From assembly GCA_033763315.1 (NCBI GenBank), contig JANRKS010000009.1:96001-160000 (forward strand): 64,000 bases of DNA. The letters run 5' to 3'. The position numbers were made by a program, and so were the translations under genes. The DNA comes from Deltaproteobacteria bacterium (GTDB taxonomy: Bacteria; Myxococcota_A; Polyangia; Fen-1088). Position 1 is the first letter of the stretch. The number at the start of each line of letters is the position of its first letter. Below, piece by piece: positions 47,458 to 58,485 of the stretch. The notes under the pieces are model-generated. The model was given only the letters and a program-made list of their open reading frames with translations, was not told the origin of the DNA and did not search any database.

Positions 47458-48828
47458 ATGAAGTTCATCACACGTCGTACGTTTGCGAAGACCTTGGCCG
47501 CCGCAGGTGGCACAACTTTATTGACCTCATTGGCGAGAAAAACGCTGGCTGACACGGCGGGCGTGAACACACCGCGTTTCATCGCGTTCATCACGCCTTC
47601 GGGGCACCCCCCTGAGGAATGGTGGCCAAAGAACGTGACGGCACCCGACACGTTCACGCTCGGCCGCGTTTTGAAGCCCGTGGAGAAGTTTCAAAAGAAG
47701 CTGCTTTTCATTGACGGCTTGGGTGTGCGCTACGATGGCACCAAGCCAGGTGACGAGCACCAGCAGGGCACTGGCAAGCTATTGACCGGCGCGAACTTGT
47801 TGCCCGGCAATTCGGGAGGCGGTGCGATCTCTCCCGGTTGGTCAAGCGCGCAGTCGCTGGATCAAATGCTGGCCGCAAAGTTTGCGACAAAATCGATCTA
47901 TGCCGGCGTTCAGGTGACACGCCATAACACTTGGTCGCGCTATTCGTATCTCGGCCGCGACAAGCCAAACACGCCTATCCAAGATCCAGCGGAGCTTTAC
48001 CGCATGCTGTTCTCGGATGTGAAGCCCACCAACGGTTCAACAACCCCGGCCGCACCTGCAGCCAAAGGCACGTTCGGCAAAGCGTCCGTCGACTTTCTGA
48101 TGAGCGATTTGTCTCGCTTGCGTGGCCAGCTGGGCGGCCCCGAGCGCGCGCGCCTAGATGAGCACGTGGAATACCTGGCCAAGCGCGCGGAACAGCTGAA
48201 TAAGCCGATCGAGTCCACCACGAACAGCGTGGTGGGCTGCACTTTGCCAAAGACATCCATGAACGTGGCGTTCATGGACAACAGCCTGCACGGCATGGTG
48301 GGCCGTTTACAGATCGACAACATTGTGGCGGCAGCGCGCTGCGGGGTGTCCCGCGTGGCGGTGTTGCAGTGGTCGCAATCAATCAGCGACACAAACTTCT
48401 CGTGGCTGCTGCCCGGTCAAACCATTCACCACCATTCCTTGACGCACGGGTTTGGCGGCACCGGCGGCCAGAAGAGCGATTTCTTAGCCCCCATGGCCGG
48501 CGAGCTCTTTATCAAAGCCAGCACATGGTATGCGGAGCAGTTCGCGTATTTGCTGTCCGAACTCGATAGCGTGCCCGAAGGCAACGGCACCATGCTTGAT
48601 AACACCATCGTGTTTTGGGGCACCGACCTCAACGGCTTTGGCCACCAGCATGCACGTATGCCGTATCTGCTCGCGGGCGGTGGTGCAACCAATGTCAAGA
48701 CGGGGCGTTACCTGCGCATGGCGCGTTTTCACAACGACTTGTTAACAGGCATCGCCCATGCCCTGGGAATGCCGATGGATAAGATCGGGGAGCCCGACTA
48801 CTGCCGCGGTCCCATCGCGCTTGGATAA
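47458..48828 (+). CDS. DUF1552 (HXXSHH) Tat-exported protein
   Basis: TRRTF twin-Arg signal, SLDQ.LA, RLDEH, HHHSLTH, EGNGTMLDNT, LLAGG, GRYL. Confidence 0.88.
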   Translation: MKFITRRTFAKTLAAAGGTTLLTSLARKTLADTAGVNTPRFIAFITPSGHPPEEWWPKNVTAPDTFTLGRVLKPVEKFQKKLLFIDGLGVRYDGTKPGDEHQQGTGKLLTGANLLPGNSGGGAISPGWSSAQSLDQMLAAKFATKSIYAGVQVTRHNTWSRYSYLGRDKPNTPIQDPAELYRMLFSDVKPTNGSTTPAAPAAKGTFGKASVDFLMSDLSRLRGQLGGPERARLDEHVEYLAKRAEQLNKPIESTTNSVVGCTLPKTSMNVAFMDNSLHGMVGRLQIDNIVAAARCGVSRVAVLQWSQSISDTNFSWLLPGQTIHHHSLTHGFGGTGGQKSDFLAPMAGELFIKASTWYAEQFAYLLSELDSVPEGNGTMLDNTIVFWGTDLNGFGHQHARMPYLLAGGGATNVKTGRYLRMARFHNDLLTGIAHALGMPMDKIGEPDYCRGPIALG

Positions 48829-48883
48829 GGCATAAGCGTTACCGGTGCGCGACGTGACAAACCGGCGCTGCTAACCTTGGGGC

Positions 48884-49789
48884 GTGCAATGGCTTAACTA
48901 CCACCACCTCTTGTACTTCTGGGCGGTTGCGAAGGAGGGCAGCGTGTCGGCGGCTTCGAAGAAGCTGCGGCTGGCGCAGCCCACCTTAAGTGGCCAGATA
49001 CACGCCTTAGAGGAATCGATGGAAGTGAAGCTGTTCCGCCGGCAGGGGCGGGGGCTTTCACTTACGGAAGCGGGTCAGGTTGCGTTTCGCTATGCAGACG
49101 AAATTTTTTCGTTGGGCGCAGAGATGCAAACCGCCATGCGCGGCGAGGCCACCGGGCGTCCGCTGCAATTCAACGTGGGCGTTGCCGACGTTTTGCCGAA
49201 GCTGGTGGCGTTTCATCTTTTGGAGCCGGCGTTTCGCCTGCAGGAAAAGGTGGTGGTGAAGTGCGAAGAGGACCGAGCCGACCGCCTGCTTACGCGCTTG
49301 GCCGCGCATGAACTTGATATCGTGCTGTCAGACGCACCGGCCAATCCGATGATCAACGTGCGCGTGTTCAATCACCTCCTGGGCGAATGCGATGTATCGT
49401 TCTTTGCGCCGCAGGAACAGGCCGCGGCCATGAAGAAGAAATTTCCCCGCTGCATGGCGGGGGCGGCGTTTTTGATGCCTTCCCCTGGCACCACGTTACG
49501 GCGCAGCTTGGACGCCTGGTTCGAGCGGCAGGGCGTGCAACCGAATGTGGTCGCCGAGTTCGACGACAGCGGTCTGCTCAAAACGTTTGGGCAGGCGGGT
49601 ATGGGGCTGTTTGCCGCGCCCAGCATTGTGTCAGAGGAAATCTGCCGGCAGTACAACGTTCGACCCATTGGCGCGGCTCCCGAAATCAAAGAGCGCTTCT
49701 TTGCGATCTCGGCCGAACGGCGCCTTCGCCACCCCGCGGTGGTCGCGGTTTCAGAGGCCGCACGCCACGAGTTTTTCAAGGGCAGTTGA
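48884..49789 (+). CDS. nhaR: LysR-family transcriptional activator, NhaR-like
   Basis: LNYHHLLYFW.VAKEGS, QPTLSGQI, VGVADVLPKL, EFDDSGLLK.FG, ISAERR..HPAV. Confidence 0.88.
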   Translation: MQWLNYHHLLYFWAVAKEGSVSAASKKLRLAQPTLSGQIHALEESMEVKLFRRQGRGLSLTEAGQVAFRYADEIFSLGAEMQTAMRGEATGRPLQFNVGVADVLPKLVAFHLLEPAFRLQEKVVVKCEEDRADRLLTRLAAHELDIVLSDAPANPMINVRVFNHLLGECDVSFFAPQEQAAAMKKKFPRCMAGAAFLMPSPGTTLRRSLDAWFERQGVQPNVVAEFDDSGLLKTFGQAGMGLFAAPSIVSEEICRQYNVRPIGAAPEIKERFFAISAERRLRHPAVVAVSEAARHEFFKGS

Positions 49790-49795
49790 TGTCAA

Positions 49796-50968
49796 CTAAC
49801 CGCGGCCGCGTTGCGACGCGTGCCGCTCCAGCGCAACGAGGCACGCTTCGGCTTGTTCATGCGCGTCTGCGGCGTCTCGCCCACGCACCAACAGGTGCCC
49901 CATCTTGCGCCCTGGAAGCGCGGCCGCTTTGCCATAAAGATGCAGCTGCACGTTGGGACGCCGCAAGAGGGCGGCGAAATCAGGCGCGCCGTTTTGCCAC
50001 AAATCGCCCAAGAGATTGGCCATCGCTACGGGCTCCGGATCGCCTGTGATGCCCAAAGGCATGCCGCACACCGCGCGCACGTGCTGTTCAAACTGGGACG
50101 TCACGGCCCCACCCAAAGTGAAGTGCCCGCTGTTGTGAACACGCGGCGCCAGCTCATTGATGATGAGCGTGCCCGTTTCGGCCATGAACAACTCCACCGC
50201 CAAAACGCCCACGTAATCGCTGGCCTCGGCGACGGCTCGGGCCAATCGTTCCGCCTGCGCGGCCACGCCGTTAGGCAGCGACGGCGCCACGCGCGTGGTC
50301 CGCAACACATGGTTATGGTGAACGTTCTGGGCCAACGGATAGATCTGGGTGCTGCCCAGTTTATCGCGCGCGAGGATCACGGAAAGCTCGCGTTCAAAAT
50401 GCACAAAGCCTTCGGCCACGCTGGGTGGCTGGCCAAGCGCGATCCACTGGGCAAAAGGGCCTTCGGAAGCCGTCAGCTCCGCTGCGTTGTGAAACTTAAA
50501 CTGCCCTTTGCCGTCGTAGCCGCCACGCCGGGTCTTAACAATGAACGGAAAGCCAAGCTCGCGCGCTGCTGCTGCGAAATCGTCTTGTGTGTTTACGGCG
50601 GCAAAGGGCGCCACGGGCAAACCCAGGCCTTGCAAGAACTGCTTTTGCGCCAGGCGATCCTGAACCTTCGCCAAGAAGGTAACCCCGGGCAAGATCGGCG
50701 TCTTTGCAGCGACGGCCTCCAAGGTGGCAAGCGGCACGTGCTCGGTTTCGAAGGTCGCGACGGCGGCACCGATCAAGGCCTCGGCGATTTCGGCGCTGGC
50801 AGTGAGCGGCAAGCGGATGTGACGATCCACCAATTGCGCCGCGGGGCCGGTGGCGTCCGAACCCACGGCCCAGACCACCAAGCCCATCCGGCGCGCTTCG
50901 ATGGCAAGCATTCTGCCGAGCTGGCCGTCGCCCAACACGGCGAGGACGGAGCCCGGCAAACACATCAT
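49796..50968 (-). CDS. purK: N5-carboxyaminoimidazole ribonucleotide synthase
   Basis: [58 protein letters not shown]. Confidence 0.96.
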   Translation of the reverse strand: MMCLPGSVLAVLGDGQLGRMLAIEARRMGLVVWAVGSDATGPAAQLVDRHIRLPLTASAEIAEALIGAAVATFETEHVPLATLEAVAAKTPILPGVTFLAKVQDRLAQKQFLQGLGLPVAPFAAVNTQDDFAAAARELGFPFIVKTRRGGYDGKGQFKFHNAAELTASEGPFAQWIALGQPPSVAEGFVHFERELSVILARDKLGSTQIYPLAQNVHHNHVLRTTRVAPSLPNGVAAQAERLARAVAEASDYVGVLAVELFMAETGTLIINELAPRVHNSGHFTLGGAVTSQFEQHVRAVCGMPLGITGDPEPVAMANLLGDLWQNGAPDFAALLRRPNVQLHLYGKAAALPGRKMGHLLVRGRDAADAHEQAEACLVALERHASQRGRG

Positions 50969-51468
50969 TGCACAACCTCGGGAACCACTTTGTCCGTCTG
51001 CGCGGCACGATAAGCGATCAGCGCTTCGCGGATACGCGGGTGACTTAAAGAAAGAATCGCGGCGGCCAGCAGGGCGGCGTTGACGGCGCCACTTGTGCCG
51101 ATGGCCAAGGTGCCCACCGGAATGCCTTTGGGCATCTGCACGATCGAGAGCAACGAATCGAGGCCTCGCAACGCTTCAGACATGATGGGCACACCCAAGA
51201 TCGGCAGGTGCGTCTTGGCGGCCAACATGCCTGGCAGGTGCGCTGCCCCTCCCGCGCCCGCGATGATGACAGAGATGCCGCGCGCTTCGGCGCCTTCGGC
51301 TTCGGCAAACAAACGATCCGGGGTTCGATGGGCCGAGACCACCTTTTCTTCGTGTGCAATTCCCAGCGCGGTTAATGTTTCTGCGGCCAACCGCAAGGTC
51401 GCCCAGTCGCTTTGGCTACCCATCCAAATTGCGACCAAGGGCTGCTTCTCAGCGGCGGTTTGTGACAT
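50965..51468 (-). CDS. purE: N5-carboxyaminoimidazole ribonucleotide mutase
   Basis: [40 protein letters not shown]; ATGA overlap with purK. Confidence 0.96.
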   Translation of the reverse strand: MSQTAAEKQPLVAIWMGSQSDWATLRLAAETLTALGIAHEEKVVSAHRTPDRLFAEAEGAEARGISVIIAGAGGAAHLPGMLAAKTHLPILGVPIMSEALRGLDSLLSIVQMPKGIPVGTLAIGTSGAVNAALLAAAILSLSHPRIREALIAYRAAQTDKVVPEVVQ

Positions 51469-51529
51469 AAGGGGCAAGACTGTGGGGCCCTCACACTAAG
51501 GCGACAATGAGATAATTGCGATGATATAA

Positions 51530-51544
51530 ATCGATTTTGTCGAA
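51530..51544. promoter_or_regulatory. Putative LysR-type box upstream of purE
   Basis: ATCG-N7-CGAA (T-N11-A) in an AT-rich island 62-76 nt before the purE ATG. Confidence 0.35.
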
Positions 51545-51547
51545 TTG

Positions 51548-54500
51548 TTACGACGGAGAGGGGGCGGCGGAAATGAACTCGTAGGTGCCCGAACCCACAG
51601 TGAAGGCGTTGGGCTCGGCCGCGAACGAGGCGGCCTCGGGCGGCGCCGCGACCGCGGCCCCGGGCAGTACGACCAACGCCGTGGTGTTGACCGGCACCTC
51701 CACAGACAAGCGCAGTTGCCCGCCTTTGACCGTCCACTGGCTCTTGACCCGGCCGTAAGGCGTTTGCTCTTCAGCCGCGGCAGACGTCAGCCCGCCGCCG
51801 GGGTTAGGTGCAATGCGGATCTGTTTATAGCCCGGCAAAGCAGGAGAGACGCCCGCAACCGTGTCGTAGAGCCACTCGCCAACGGATCCCAGCGAGTAGT
51901 GGTTGAAGCTGTTCATACTGGGCGTTTGGAAGCCCTTCTCTTTGGTCCACCCGTCCCACCGCTCCCAGATCGTGGTGGCGCCATGCTTGATGCTGTACCC
52001 CCAAGAAGGGAACGTGTCGTTGTTGAGCAATGTATAGGCCGTGCCCAGTTGGCCAAAGCGCGTGAGCGCCGGCAACAGATGCCCCACGCCCAAGAAGCCC
52101 GTGGTGAGGTGATTGCCGTGGGCTTTGATGTTGTTCACCAAGTGCGCTGTGGCTTTGACCCGCAAAGCAGCGGGCAACATATCGAAGCGCAGCGCAAGCA
52201 CGTAAGCGGTTTGCGTGTCGCCTTTGATTTTGCCGTCGGCATCCACATAAGCCTTTGTGAACGCCGCACGGATGCTCTCTGCAAGGGCGGCGTATTTGCG
52301 CGCGTCAGCTGGCTTGCCCAACGCTGCCGCTGCCTGCGACACCAGCTGCGCGCTTTGCGCGAAGAACGCCGTGGCCAACACTTCCTTGTCTGTGTCGGCA
52401 TTGATGGACAACCAATCGCCGTAAGCGTTCCCTTGGCTCTTGGTCCACAGCAAGCCCGGATTCTTGCGTTGCACGAACTGCACCCACTTCACCATGCTTG
52501 GGTATTGCCGCGCCAACAGGTCGCGGTCGCCGTACTCCTGCCACAACACCCACGGAACGATCACACCGGCGTCACCCCACGCGGGGGTGGATTCACTCGT
52601 GCCCGGGGCGCGTGGCGCCACATCAGAGAAGGCACCTTCGGGGCTTTGTGCATCCACCACGTCCGTGAGCCATTTGCTGAAGAAACCTGCCACATCGCGG
52701 TTGCGCGCGGCCGTGCGCACGAAGATCTGGGCGTCTCCCATCCAGCCCAAACGTTCATCGCGTTGCGGGCAATCAGTGGGCACGCTTAAGAAGTTGCCGC
52801 GTTGACCCCAATCGATGTTGGATACCAATTGGTTGATCATCTTGCTTGATGATGTGAACGTGCCGGTGCGGGGAATGTCCGAATGCACCACCACAGCGGT
52901 CAACGTGGCTTTGGTGGGCTTTTCCAAAGCCGCTGGCCAGCCGGTCAGCTCGGCATAGCGAAAGCCATGCACGGTGAAGCGTGGCTGCCACGTCTCAGCT
53001 TGGTTTGCGCCGGCGAACGTGTAGCGATCGGTGGCTTCGGCCGTGCGCAGGTTCTCGGTGTAGAGCGTGCCATCGCTGTTGAGCATCTCGCCAAAACGCA
53101 GCGTCACTTGGGTGCCGGCCGGCGCCTTGGCGTGCAGCCGCGCCACCCCCGGCATGTTCTGGCCAAAGTCGTAGATGAACACACCAGGGCGTGGGGACGT
53201 GATCGTTCCCTCGCGTGTTTCAAACGCCCGCACGGGCAAGGCCCGATCAGCAACCAAAGCCGCCGGGCTCGTGTTGCGTGCCTCTGCCAGCACGGGCTGC
53301 CACGCCACATCGTCATAGCTCGCTGTAGAGAACCCACGGGTTGCTTTGCGCGCGTCGAACGTTTCACCGTTTTGCAGATCGGCTTGCTCAATCGCTCCCC
53401 TGGCTGTTTTCCACGTGGGACCTGTGGCGATGACCTCACGCTTGCCGTCGCTGTAGTTCACCACCAAATTGGCAAGAAACTTCGGTGAAAGGCCGTAGAT
53501 GCTGCGGCCACTAAAACCGATCTTGCCCGCGTACCAACCATCGGCAAGGTAGGCGCCTATCGCGTTTGCCCCCGGCACCAACAGCGAGGTTACGTCGTAC
53601 GTTTGGTATTGCACGCGCTTGTTGTAATCGGTCCAGCCGGGCGTGAGCAGATCGGTGCCCACCCTCTTGCCGTTGAGCTCCGCCTCATAGATCCCCAAGG
53701 CGGTGACATAAAGGCGTGCCGACTTGATGGGCTTCTGCAGCGAGAAGGGCAACCGAAGTTGCACAGCGGGGCCCGGCGGCGTGAGGTTCAGCACGTCTGC
53801 TTTCAGGTTGTTCCAGTACAGGCCTTTGCCCACCGGCGCTGCGTTCATGGCAGGCACCCACGTGGTGCCTTCTTTGCTGGCCTGCCATGAAGCATTGGTG
53901 GAAACCACCACGGGACGCTTGCCCTTCATGTGTACCTGCAACTGCGCAATCAAGCCGCCCGCGTCGCTGCCGTTTGACACTTGGCTTTCGATTGTGTTTT
54001 GCCCTGGCTGCAAAAGCGCGGTGACATCAAAAGGCACAAGTTGCGCGATGCCGGGGATGGTTCCCACCGTTTTGCCATTGATCGAAACGGTGCCCTTGCC
54101 GTCGGCAGCGGCGCCCAAGAAGCCGCGGCTGATTTCCCCTGGTGGCACTGTGAAGGTTGTGCGGAACCAACGCGTGGCCCCAGGCGCGCTTACCGATGGG
54201 TTACCCTCGGGATACCAGATCCAATTGAGGTCGGATCGCACAACCTTGACGATGCTGCTTTCCGTGCGCGCGGCAGACACCCACTGGCCCTGCCAATCGC
54301 TGGCTTTCAGAAGACCCATCTCGAAGGTCGCAACCGCGCTTTCGGCGGTGGCGCCGCGATTGTCCCACACGCGCACCTTCCATTGCACGGGCTGCATGCT
54401 GCGCAAAGGCTTGCCGGCGTATGGCACCAGCACTGAGTCGCTGGCCGGCACCTTTCCCGTGTCCCACAGCTGCGCTTTGTCGTCCCAAGCTGTGACTTGG

Positions 54501-54694
54501 TAGGCGGTTTGGTGCACGCCTTTGCCGTGGCTCTGCAGCTTCCAAGACAAGCGCGGTTTGACGGCGTCGATGCCCAACGGGTTGGTGCGATGCTCACACG
54601 TGAGCCCGCTGACCTGCAGGCCTTCGGCCGCTCGTACGGGAGCGGCAAGCAGCAACACCAAGGAGGTCAGCAAAATGCGCGTCAGCGAAGGCAT
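51548..54694 (-). CDS. Alpha-L-rhamnosidase, glycoside hydrolase family 78
   Basis: Signal peptide, PRLSW, YDFGQN, FTVHGFRY, PTDCPQRDERLGWMGD, GDWL, GATTIWERW, MNSFNHY. Confidence 0.93.
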   Translation of the reverse strand: MPSLTRILLTSLVLLLAAPVRAAEGLQVSGLTCEHRTNPLGIDAVKPRLSWKLQSHGKGVHQTAYQVTAWDDKAQLWDTGKVPASDSVLVPYAGKPLRSMQPVQWKVRVWDNRGATAESAVATFEMGLLKASDWQGQWVSAARTESSIVKVVRSDLNWIWYPEGNPSVSAPGATRWFRTTFTVPPGEISRGFLGAAADGKGTVSINGKTVGTIPGIAQLVPFDVTALLQPGQNTIESQVSNGSDAGGLIAQLQVHMKGKRPVVVSTNASWQASKEGTTWVPAMNAAPVGKGLYWNNLKADVLNLTPPGPAVQLRLPFSLQKPIKSARLYVTALGIYEAELNGKRVGTDLLTPGWTDYNKRVQYQTYDVTSLLVPGANAIGAYLADGWYAGKIGFSGRSIYGLSPKFLANLVVNYSDGKREVIATGPTWKTARGAIEQADLQNGETFDARKATRGFSTASYDDVAWQPVLAEARNTSPAALVADRALPVRAFETREGTITSPRPGVFIYDFGQNMPGVARLHAKAPAGTQVTLRFGEMLNSDGTLYTENLRTAEATDRYTFAGANQAETWQPRFTVHGFRYAELTGWPAALEKPTKATLTAVVVHSDIPRTGTFTSSSKMINQLVSNIDWGQRGNFLSVPTDCPQRDERLGWMGDAQIFVRTAARNRDVAGFFSKWLTDVVDAQSPEGAFSDVAPRAPGTSESTPAWGDAGVIVPWVLWQEYGDRDLLARQYPSMVKWVQFVQRKNPGLLWTKSQGNAYGDWLSINADTDKEVLATAFFAQSAQLVSQAAAALGKPADARKYAALAESIRAAFTKAYVDADGKIKGDTQTAYVLALRFDMLPAALRVKATAHLVNNIKAHGNHLTTGFLGVGHLLPALTRFGQLGTAYTLLNNDTFPSWGYSIKHGATTIWERWDGWTKEKGFQTPSMNSFNHYSLGSVGEWLYDTVAGVSPALPGYKQIRIAPNPGGGLTSAAAEEQTPYGRVKSQWTVKGGQLRLSVEVPVNTTALVVLPGAAVAAPPEAASFAAEPNAFTVGSGTYEFISAAPSPS

Positions 54695-54775
54695 GCGCGC
54701 GACACTACATCATCAGGCATGCCTTGCGGATCTTGCACCGCAATGCCGGCGCCTAAGCTGTGGCGAAGATCTCAG

Positions 54776-56170
54776 TCACTCTGGCGTATTCCAGCCGCCC
54801 ACGTTTTCAACAAGCGTGTCAGCCTCCTTGGGGCCCCACGTGCCTGGTTCGTAGCTGTACATGGGGCTGGGTCCGTGAATGACGGGGTCCACGATCGCCC
54901 ACGCCGCCTCCACAACGTCCTGCCGTGCGAACAGTGTGGCGTCACCCAACATCGCGTCGCCCAGCAACCGTTCATAAGCACCCATGCGCCCCGCTTCGCC
55001 TTGCGCTGGCTCTTCCATAACGCTGAGATCCACAGGGCGGCCCGTCATGCCCTCGCCCGGGCTCTTGGCGCGCGCATTGATGGTGATCTGCACCTCTGGG
55101 TTCAAACGGAAGCGCACACAGTTGCCGTTTTGCGGCGGCGGTTCAGCGAACACCACGGGGGGCGGACGGCGTAGTTCCACCGTGACCTCCGTGACGGTTT
55201 TCGCCAACGCCTTGCCAGCCCGGACATAGAAGGGCACACCCTCCCATCGCCACGAATCGACGTGTAAGCGCAACGCCGCGTACGTGGCCATATACGATGT
55301 TGGTGAGACGTTAGGTTCATCGCGGTAGCCGTTAAACTGGCCCCGGATCATGTTGTCGGTGCTCATCGGCCTGATGTTGCGCAAGACCTTCGCTTGCTCA
55401 TCGCGGATGGCTTCCGCATACGTGCTCGATGGCGCTTCCATCGCCAAGTAACTGACGATTTGCAACAAGTGGTTTTGGATCACATCACGGATGACGCCTG
55501 TTTCTTCGTAGAACTTCCCGCGGCCTTTGACGCCGAAGTTTTCAGCCATCGTGATCTGCACGTTCTCGATGTAGTGCCGGTTCCACAACGGCTCAAGGAA
55601 TGAATTCGCGAAGCGGAAATACAGAATGTTCTGCACCGCCTCTTTGCCCAAGAAGTGATCGATGCGAAAAATGCGCTCTTCGGGGAACGCGTTCAACAAG
55701 ATGCCGTTGAGCGTGCGTGCGGACGCAAGATCGCGGCCGAACGGCTTCTCAACCACCACGCGGGCCTCTTTGGTGAGGCCTGCCGCACGTAGCTGCTCGA
55801 TGACGGTGCCGAACATGCTGGGTGGACTGGCCAAATAGTGCGTGGGGCGTTTTGCTTCACCCAATTCCTGCGCCAACCGCGCGAACGTGTCCGCGCTGTT
55901 GTAATCGCCATCGACGTAGCGCAGACGCTGCAGCAGTGCCTCTAGGCCTGCGGGATTCACGCCGGCGCCATGCTCTTTGAAGCTGGCCCGCGCGCGCTCG
56001 ATTAACTGCGGCAGCTGCCAACCCGCTTTCGCCACACCCACCACCGGCACCGCGAGTCGCCCTTTGGCGGCCAACGCGGCCAGCGCCGGAAAAATCTTCT
56101 TGTACGCGAGATCACCGGTGGCACCGAAGAACACCAATGCATCGGACCCAATCTTACCGTGGCTGGCCAT
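54776..56170 (-). CDS. zwf: Glucose-6-phosphate 1-dehydrogenase
   Basis: [49 protein letters not shown]. Confidence 0.96.
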   Translation of the reverse strand: MASHGKIGSDALVFFGATGDLAYKKIFPALAALAAKGRLAVPVVGVAKAGWQLPQLIERARASFKEHGAGVNPAGLEALLQRLRYVDGDYNSADTFARLAQELGEAKRPTHYLASPPSMFGTVIEQLRAAGLTKEARVVVEKPFGRDLASARTLNGILLNAFPEERIFRIDHFLGKEAVQNILYFRFANSFLEPLWNRHYIENVQITMAENFGVKGRGKFYEETGVIRDVIQNHLLQIVSYLAMEAPSSTYAEAIRDEQAKVLRNIRPMSTDNMIRGQFNGYRDEPNVSPTSYMATYAALRLHVDSWRWEGVPFYVRAGKALAKTVTEVTVELRRPPPVVFAEPPPQNGNCVRFRLNPEVQITINARAKSPGEGMTGRPVDLSVMEEPAQGEAGRMGAYERLLGDAMLGDATLFARQDVVEAAWAIVDPVIHGPSPMYSYEPGTWGPKEADTLVENVGGWNTPE

Positions 56171-56255
56171 CGGCCATAGAATGACAGATAACCCATTTCG
56201 GCGTCGAGAAGCCACGCTATCGCTGCGCCGGAAACTGTGGCTAAATCCAGCCGCC

Positions 56256-58283
56256 GTGCCTTCATCGCCCGCCCGTGCCGATTCATCCAAATGTTGGGGC
56301 GTGCTGTTTGGTGCCACGGTGTTCTGTGCTGCCTTCTTGGTGTTTTTGGTGCAGCCGTTGGTGGGCCGGTTGTTGCTGCCCGTTTATGGGGGCGCCCCCG
56401 CCGTGTGGAGCACGTGTTTGGTGTTCTTCGAGTGCACGCTGTTCGTGGGTTACCTCATCGCCCACGCGGTGACTTTGTGGCTGCCTTGGCGGGCGCAACG
56501 TGTTTTGCAGGTGGGCCTTGCGGCAGCCGCGATCTTGGCGCTGCCGTTTTCCGCACCTCACGCGCCTTCATTCGCACGCGGGCCACAACAACAGGTCTTG
56601 TGGTGGCTGATTGTGCAGGTGGCGCTTCCCTTCGCCGCTTTATGCACGGCTGCGCCGACCTTACAGCGTTGGTGGAACCTGTGCAGCGGGCGTGAGCCGT
56701 TCAAACTTTACGCGGTCTCAAATGCAGGCTCGCTGCTCGCACTTTTGGTCTATCCGCTGTTCGTGGAACCTCGCTTTACGCTCAAGCAGCAATCGGGGGG
56801 CTGGGCCGTTGCGTTTGCCGGCACCGTCGTCGCCTTCGCCACCTGCGCCTGGCACACGCGGCATGGCTCGGCCGCGCGTCAGCTTGAGGGCAAAGCGCCG
56901 CTTGCGTGGCGAACGAAGCTGCTGTGGTTATGCCTGGCGGCGGTGCCCAGCGTGATGTTGTTGGCCGTCACCAACCACATCACGATTGATGTGGCCTCTG
57001 CGCCCTTGCTTTGGGTCGTGCCGCTGTTTCTTTATCTGCTTTCGTTCGTGCTGGTGTTCGGCCCCTTGGGCCACCGTGGCCAATCCCTTTGGCTCCTTCT
57101 GTGGATCGTCGCCACGGCAGCGTTGGGAATGAATTTGTTCTTGGCGGGGCAGGCCAGCGTGGTGCGGCAGGTGCTGGTGGCAAGCGCCGTGCTGTTTTCG
57201 ACCTGCATGTTGTGCCACGGCGAGATGCTTCGGCATCGCCCCGACGCCGCGTGGGTGACCAGCTTCTATCTATGGATGGCCGCAGGTGGCGCGCTGGGGG
57301 GCGTCTTCGCCGGCCTCATTGCCCCACAGGTGTTTCGCGGATTCCTTGAGCTGCAAACGGCCGTGGTGGGCACAGTCTTTGTGTTGTGGTGCAGTGGCCG
57401 CATTTATAAGACGCGTGCCCGATTGCTGTATTTGGCGGTGGGCGTGAGCCTGCCCCTGATGAGTGCAAGTTGGTGGTTGGGAACCGCCACGCAATTCAAG
57501 GACGCCACCGTGCTGTTTCGCGAGCGCAGTTTTTTCGGCCTCATTCAAGTCACGCGTTTTCCGAAATTCACGGTGCTCACCTCAGGCCGGATCCGCCACG
57601 GCATGCAGTGGAACGATACGGGCTTGGCGCCGCAGCCCACGATGTATTTTGCGCCGAGCACAGCCGTGGGAACTGTGCTGAGCAGCTTTATGCCCAAAAA
57701 GCATCGGCGCCTCGGCATCTTGGGCTTGGGTGTGGGCACGTTGGCCGCGTATGCGCGCAGCACCGATGACGTTTGGTTTTACGAGCTTGATCCCGTGGTG
57801 GTGAACGCCGCGCGCGAGCGCTTCACATTCTTGTCGTCGTCCCATGGCGCCACGCACGTCGTCGTGGGTGACGGACGTTTGGCGTTGGCGGCCGACGAAG
57901 GGGCCCCTTGGGACGTGCTCGTGTTGGACGCGTTCTCGAGCGACGCCGTGCCCTCGCACCTGCTCACGCGCGAGGCGTTTGCGATCTATGACCACAAACT
58001 GGCGCGCGGGGGCGTCTTATTGGCCAATGTCTCCAACCGTCATTTGCAGGTTGAGCGGGTGGTGGCCGGTGCGGCACAGGCGTTGGGTTGGCCGTTCGCC
58101 CTCTACGAAACCAGCACCGATCTTTCGCGTGGCATCACAAGGGTCCGGTGGGTGGTTATGGCGCGCTCTCGTCGCACGCTCGACGACCTGGGCTTGCGTG
58201 GCGCGTTGCCACTGCCGGGCCCTCCGGTTTTGTGGACCGATGATCGCAGCAGCTTGCTCCCAATCTTGCGGCTGCCCCCCTAA
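56256..58283 (+). CDS. Membrane-fused spermidine synthase-like SAM-binding protein
   Basis: About 12 TM segments ([23 protein letters not shown]), [30 protein letters not shown]; start uncertain (56181 or 56256). Confidence 0.85.
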   Translation: MPSSPARADSSKCWGVLFGATVFCAAFLVFLVQPLVGRLLLPVYGGAPAVWSTCLVFFECTLFVGYLIAHAVTLWLPWRAQRVLQVGLAAAAILALPFSAPHAPSFARGPQQQVLWWLIVQVALPFAALCTAAPTLQRWWNLCSGREPFKLYAVSNAGSLLALLVYPLFVEPRFTLKQQSGGWAVAFAGTVVAFATCAWHTRHGSAARQLEGKAPLAWRTKLLWLCLAAVPSVMLLAVTNHITIDVASAPLLWVVPLFLYLLSFVLVFGPLGHRGQSLWLLLWIVATAALGMNLFLAGQASVVRQVLVASAVLFSTCMLCHGEMLRHRPDAAWVTSFYLWMAAGGALGGVFAGLIAPQVFRGFLELQTAVVGTVFVLWCSGRIYKTRARLLYLAVGVSLPLMSASWWLGTATQFKDATVLFRERSFFGLIQVTRFPKFTVLTSGRIRHGMQWNDTGLAPQPTMYFAPSTAVGTVLSSFMPKKHRRLGILGLGVGTLAAYARSTDDVWFYELDPVVVNAARERFTFLSSSHGATHVVVGDGRLALAADEGAPWDVLVLDAFSSDAVPSHLLTREAFAIYDHKLARGGVLLANVSNRHLQVERVVAGAAQALGWPFALYETSTDLSRGITRVRWVVMARSRRTLDDLGLRGALPLPGPPVLWTDDRSSLLPILRLPP

Positions 58284-58485
58284 ACGTTCAGACGCACTGG
58301 CCGTCCTCTTTGCGTCATCGCGGTTGAGTTGACGCTCAAACGGCGGCGCGCGACGACCACGTGGGCTCGTGTGGGTTCGACGTATTTTTATAGAGTGGAA
58401 CGCCATCGAAGTGTTGCCAACGACCGCGATAGCAGGGAAAGTAAGGCCGCAACCAGCGTTGCTCTTTATGCGCAGCACCGACGTT

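Noticed and set aside
49811-51013. 400-aa + strand ORF
   Set aside because: Antisense shadow of purK; no motifs; typical of high-GC DNA
51545-52789. 414-aa + strand ORF
   Set aside because: Antisense to the GH78 gene; Arg-rich shadow frame
58365-58385. GTGGGTTCGA resembling a tRNA T-arm or att remnant
   Set aside because: No complementary stem follows and it does not match the tRNA-Leu 3' end
40773-58400. Genomic island integrated at tRNA-Leu
   Set aside because: No integrase, no duplicated tRNA 3' end seen, no obvious compositional shift, and core genes (purKE, zwf) lie inside
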